Shown piece after piece: positions 13,256-13,840 of a stretch of 13,840 bases of DNA. Source of the stretch: Candidatus Aenigmatarchaeota archaeon. GTDB lineage: Archaea > EX4484-52. The position numbers and the translations under genes are program-made. Every line of letters begins with the position of its first letter. Position 1 is the stretch's first letter. The notes beneath the pieces were generated by a model. It was given only the letters and a program-made list of their open reading frames with translations. It was not told the origin of the DNA and ran no database searches. The stretch lies in the NCBI GenBank assembly GCA_023137195.1, contig JAGLPV010000011.1, positions 1-13,840 of the forward strand. Reading direction: 5' to 3'.

Positions 13256-13840
13256 TTATGGAACCGGCACGATTCTTATTATTTCCGCGACCATATCATC
13301 TGTATTAATATTGCTTGCCTTTCCTTCATAATTCAACAGCATACGGTGCCTTAATATACCGGTAGAGACTTCCTGCACATCTTCCGGAATCACATATGCC
13401 CGGTTGTGCATGAAAGCAACTGCTTTTGACCCAATAAATAGGGCAATACTTGCTCGTGGTGAAGAACCCCATGCCAGGTAGTTGGCATATTTGTAAGGTA
13501 ATTCTCTCGCAGTACGGGTAGTCATTATAATATCCACAATATACTGCCTGATAGCAGGAGATAAATATATTTTTTTTACAAGTTTTTGGATTATTACTAA
13601 AGCAGGAGGGTCAGTAACCTCCTGTATTTTAAATTCATCCATTGACTTTACAGTAGAATTATTTTCAACAAGATATATTTCATCTTCTTTCGGAGGATAG
13701 TCAACCAGTATCTTAAACAAAAACCGGTCAACCTGAGCTTCAGGCAGAGGGAAAGTACCTCCCTGTTCAACAGGATTTTCCGTTGCAAGAACAAGGAATG
13801 GTCTTGGAAGCTGGAATGTTTTTCTTCCGATTGTAACCTG
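13256..13840 (-). CDS. moxR: MoxR-family AAA+ ATPase, 3' part (runs off the window)
   Basis: Frame open from 13840: QVTIGRKTFQLPRPFLVLATENPVEQGGTFPLPEAQVDRFLFKI...WGSSPRASIAL...YVIPEDV...LRHR. Confidence 0.95.
   Translation of the reverse strand, partial: QVTIGRKTFQLPRPFLVLATENPVEQGGTFPLPEAQVDRFLFKILVDYPPKEDEIYLVENNSTVKSMDEFKIQEVTDPPALVIIQKLVKKIYLSPAIRQYIVDIIMTTRTARELPYKYANYLAWGSSPRASIALFIGSKAVAFMHNRAYVIPEDVQEVSTGILRHRMLLNYEGKASNINTDDMVAEIIRIVPVP

Overview
AT-rich archaeal chromosome segment, probably DPANN. The Spt4-S24e-S27ae cluster, stand-alone AcdB, TATA-type promoters and CCA-less tRNA are archaeal; the DPANN call is inferred from RpiB and the many KA/KAQ class III signal-peptide proteins. 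Housekeeping content: HAD hydrolase, an unusually short Smc (839 aa), RpiB, AcdB, Spt4, S24e, S27ae (missed by the ORF track because it has no ATG/GTG/TTG start), tRNA-Ser(UGA) and the 3' part of a MoxR AAA+ ATPase. Accessory surface content: an 856-aa Cys-rich multi-hydrophobic protein with a 254-aa membrane-anchored partner, and a four-gene lipoprotein plus pilin-like cluster. The most striking non-coding signal is a family of ~37-bp hairpin modules (7 units at two loci, 526-756 and 5215-5418). Their stem sequences vary but pairing is kept by compensatory substitutions. The two loci bracket the HAD/254-aa/856-aa block and two tandem 3'-end remnants of an AAA_14/DUF4143-type ATPase gene. Two small unannotated ORFs (45 and 43 aa) were also found.
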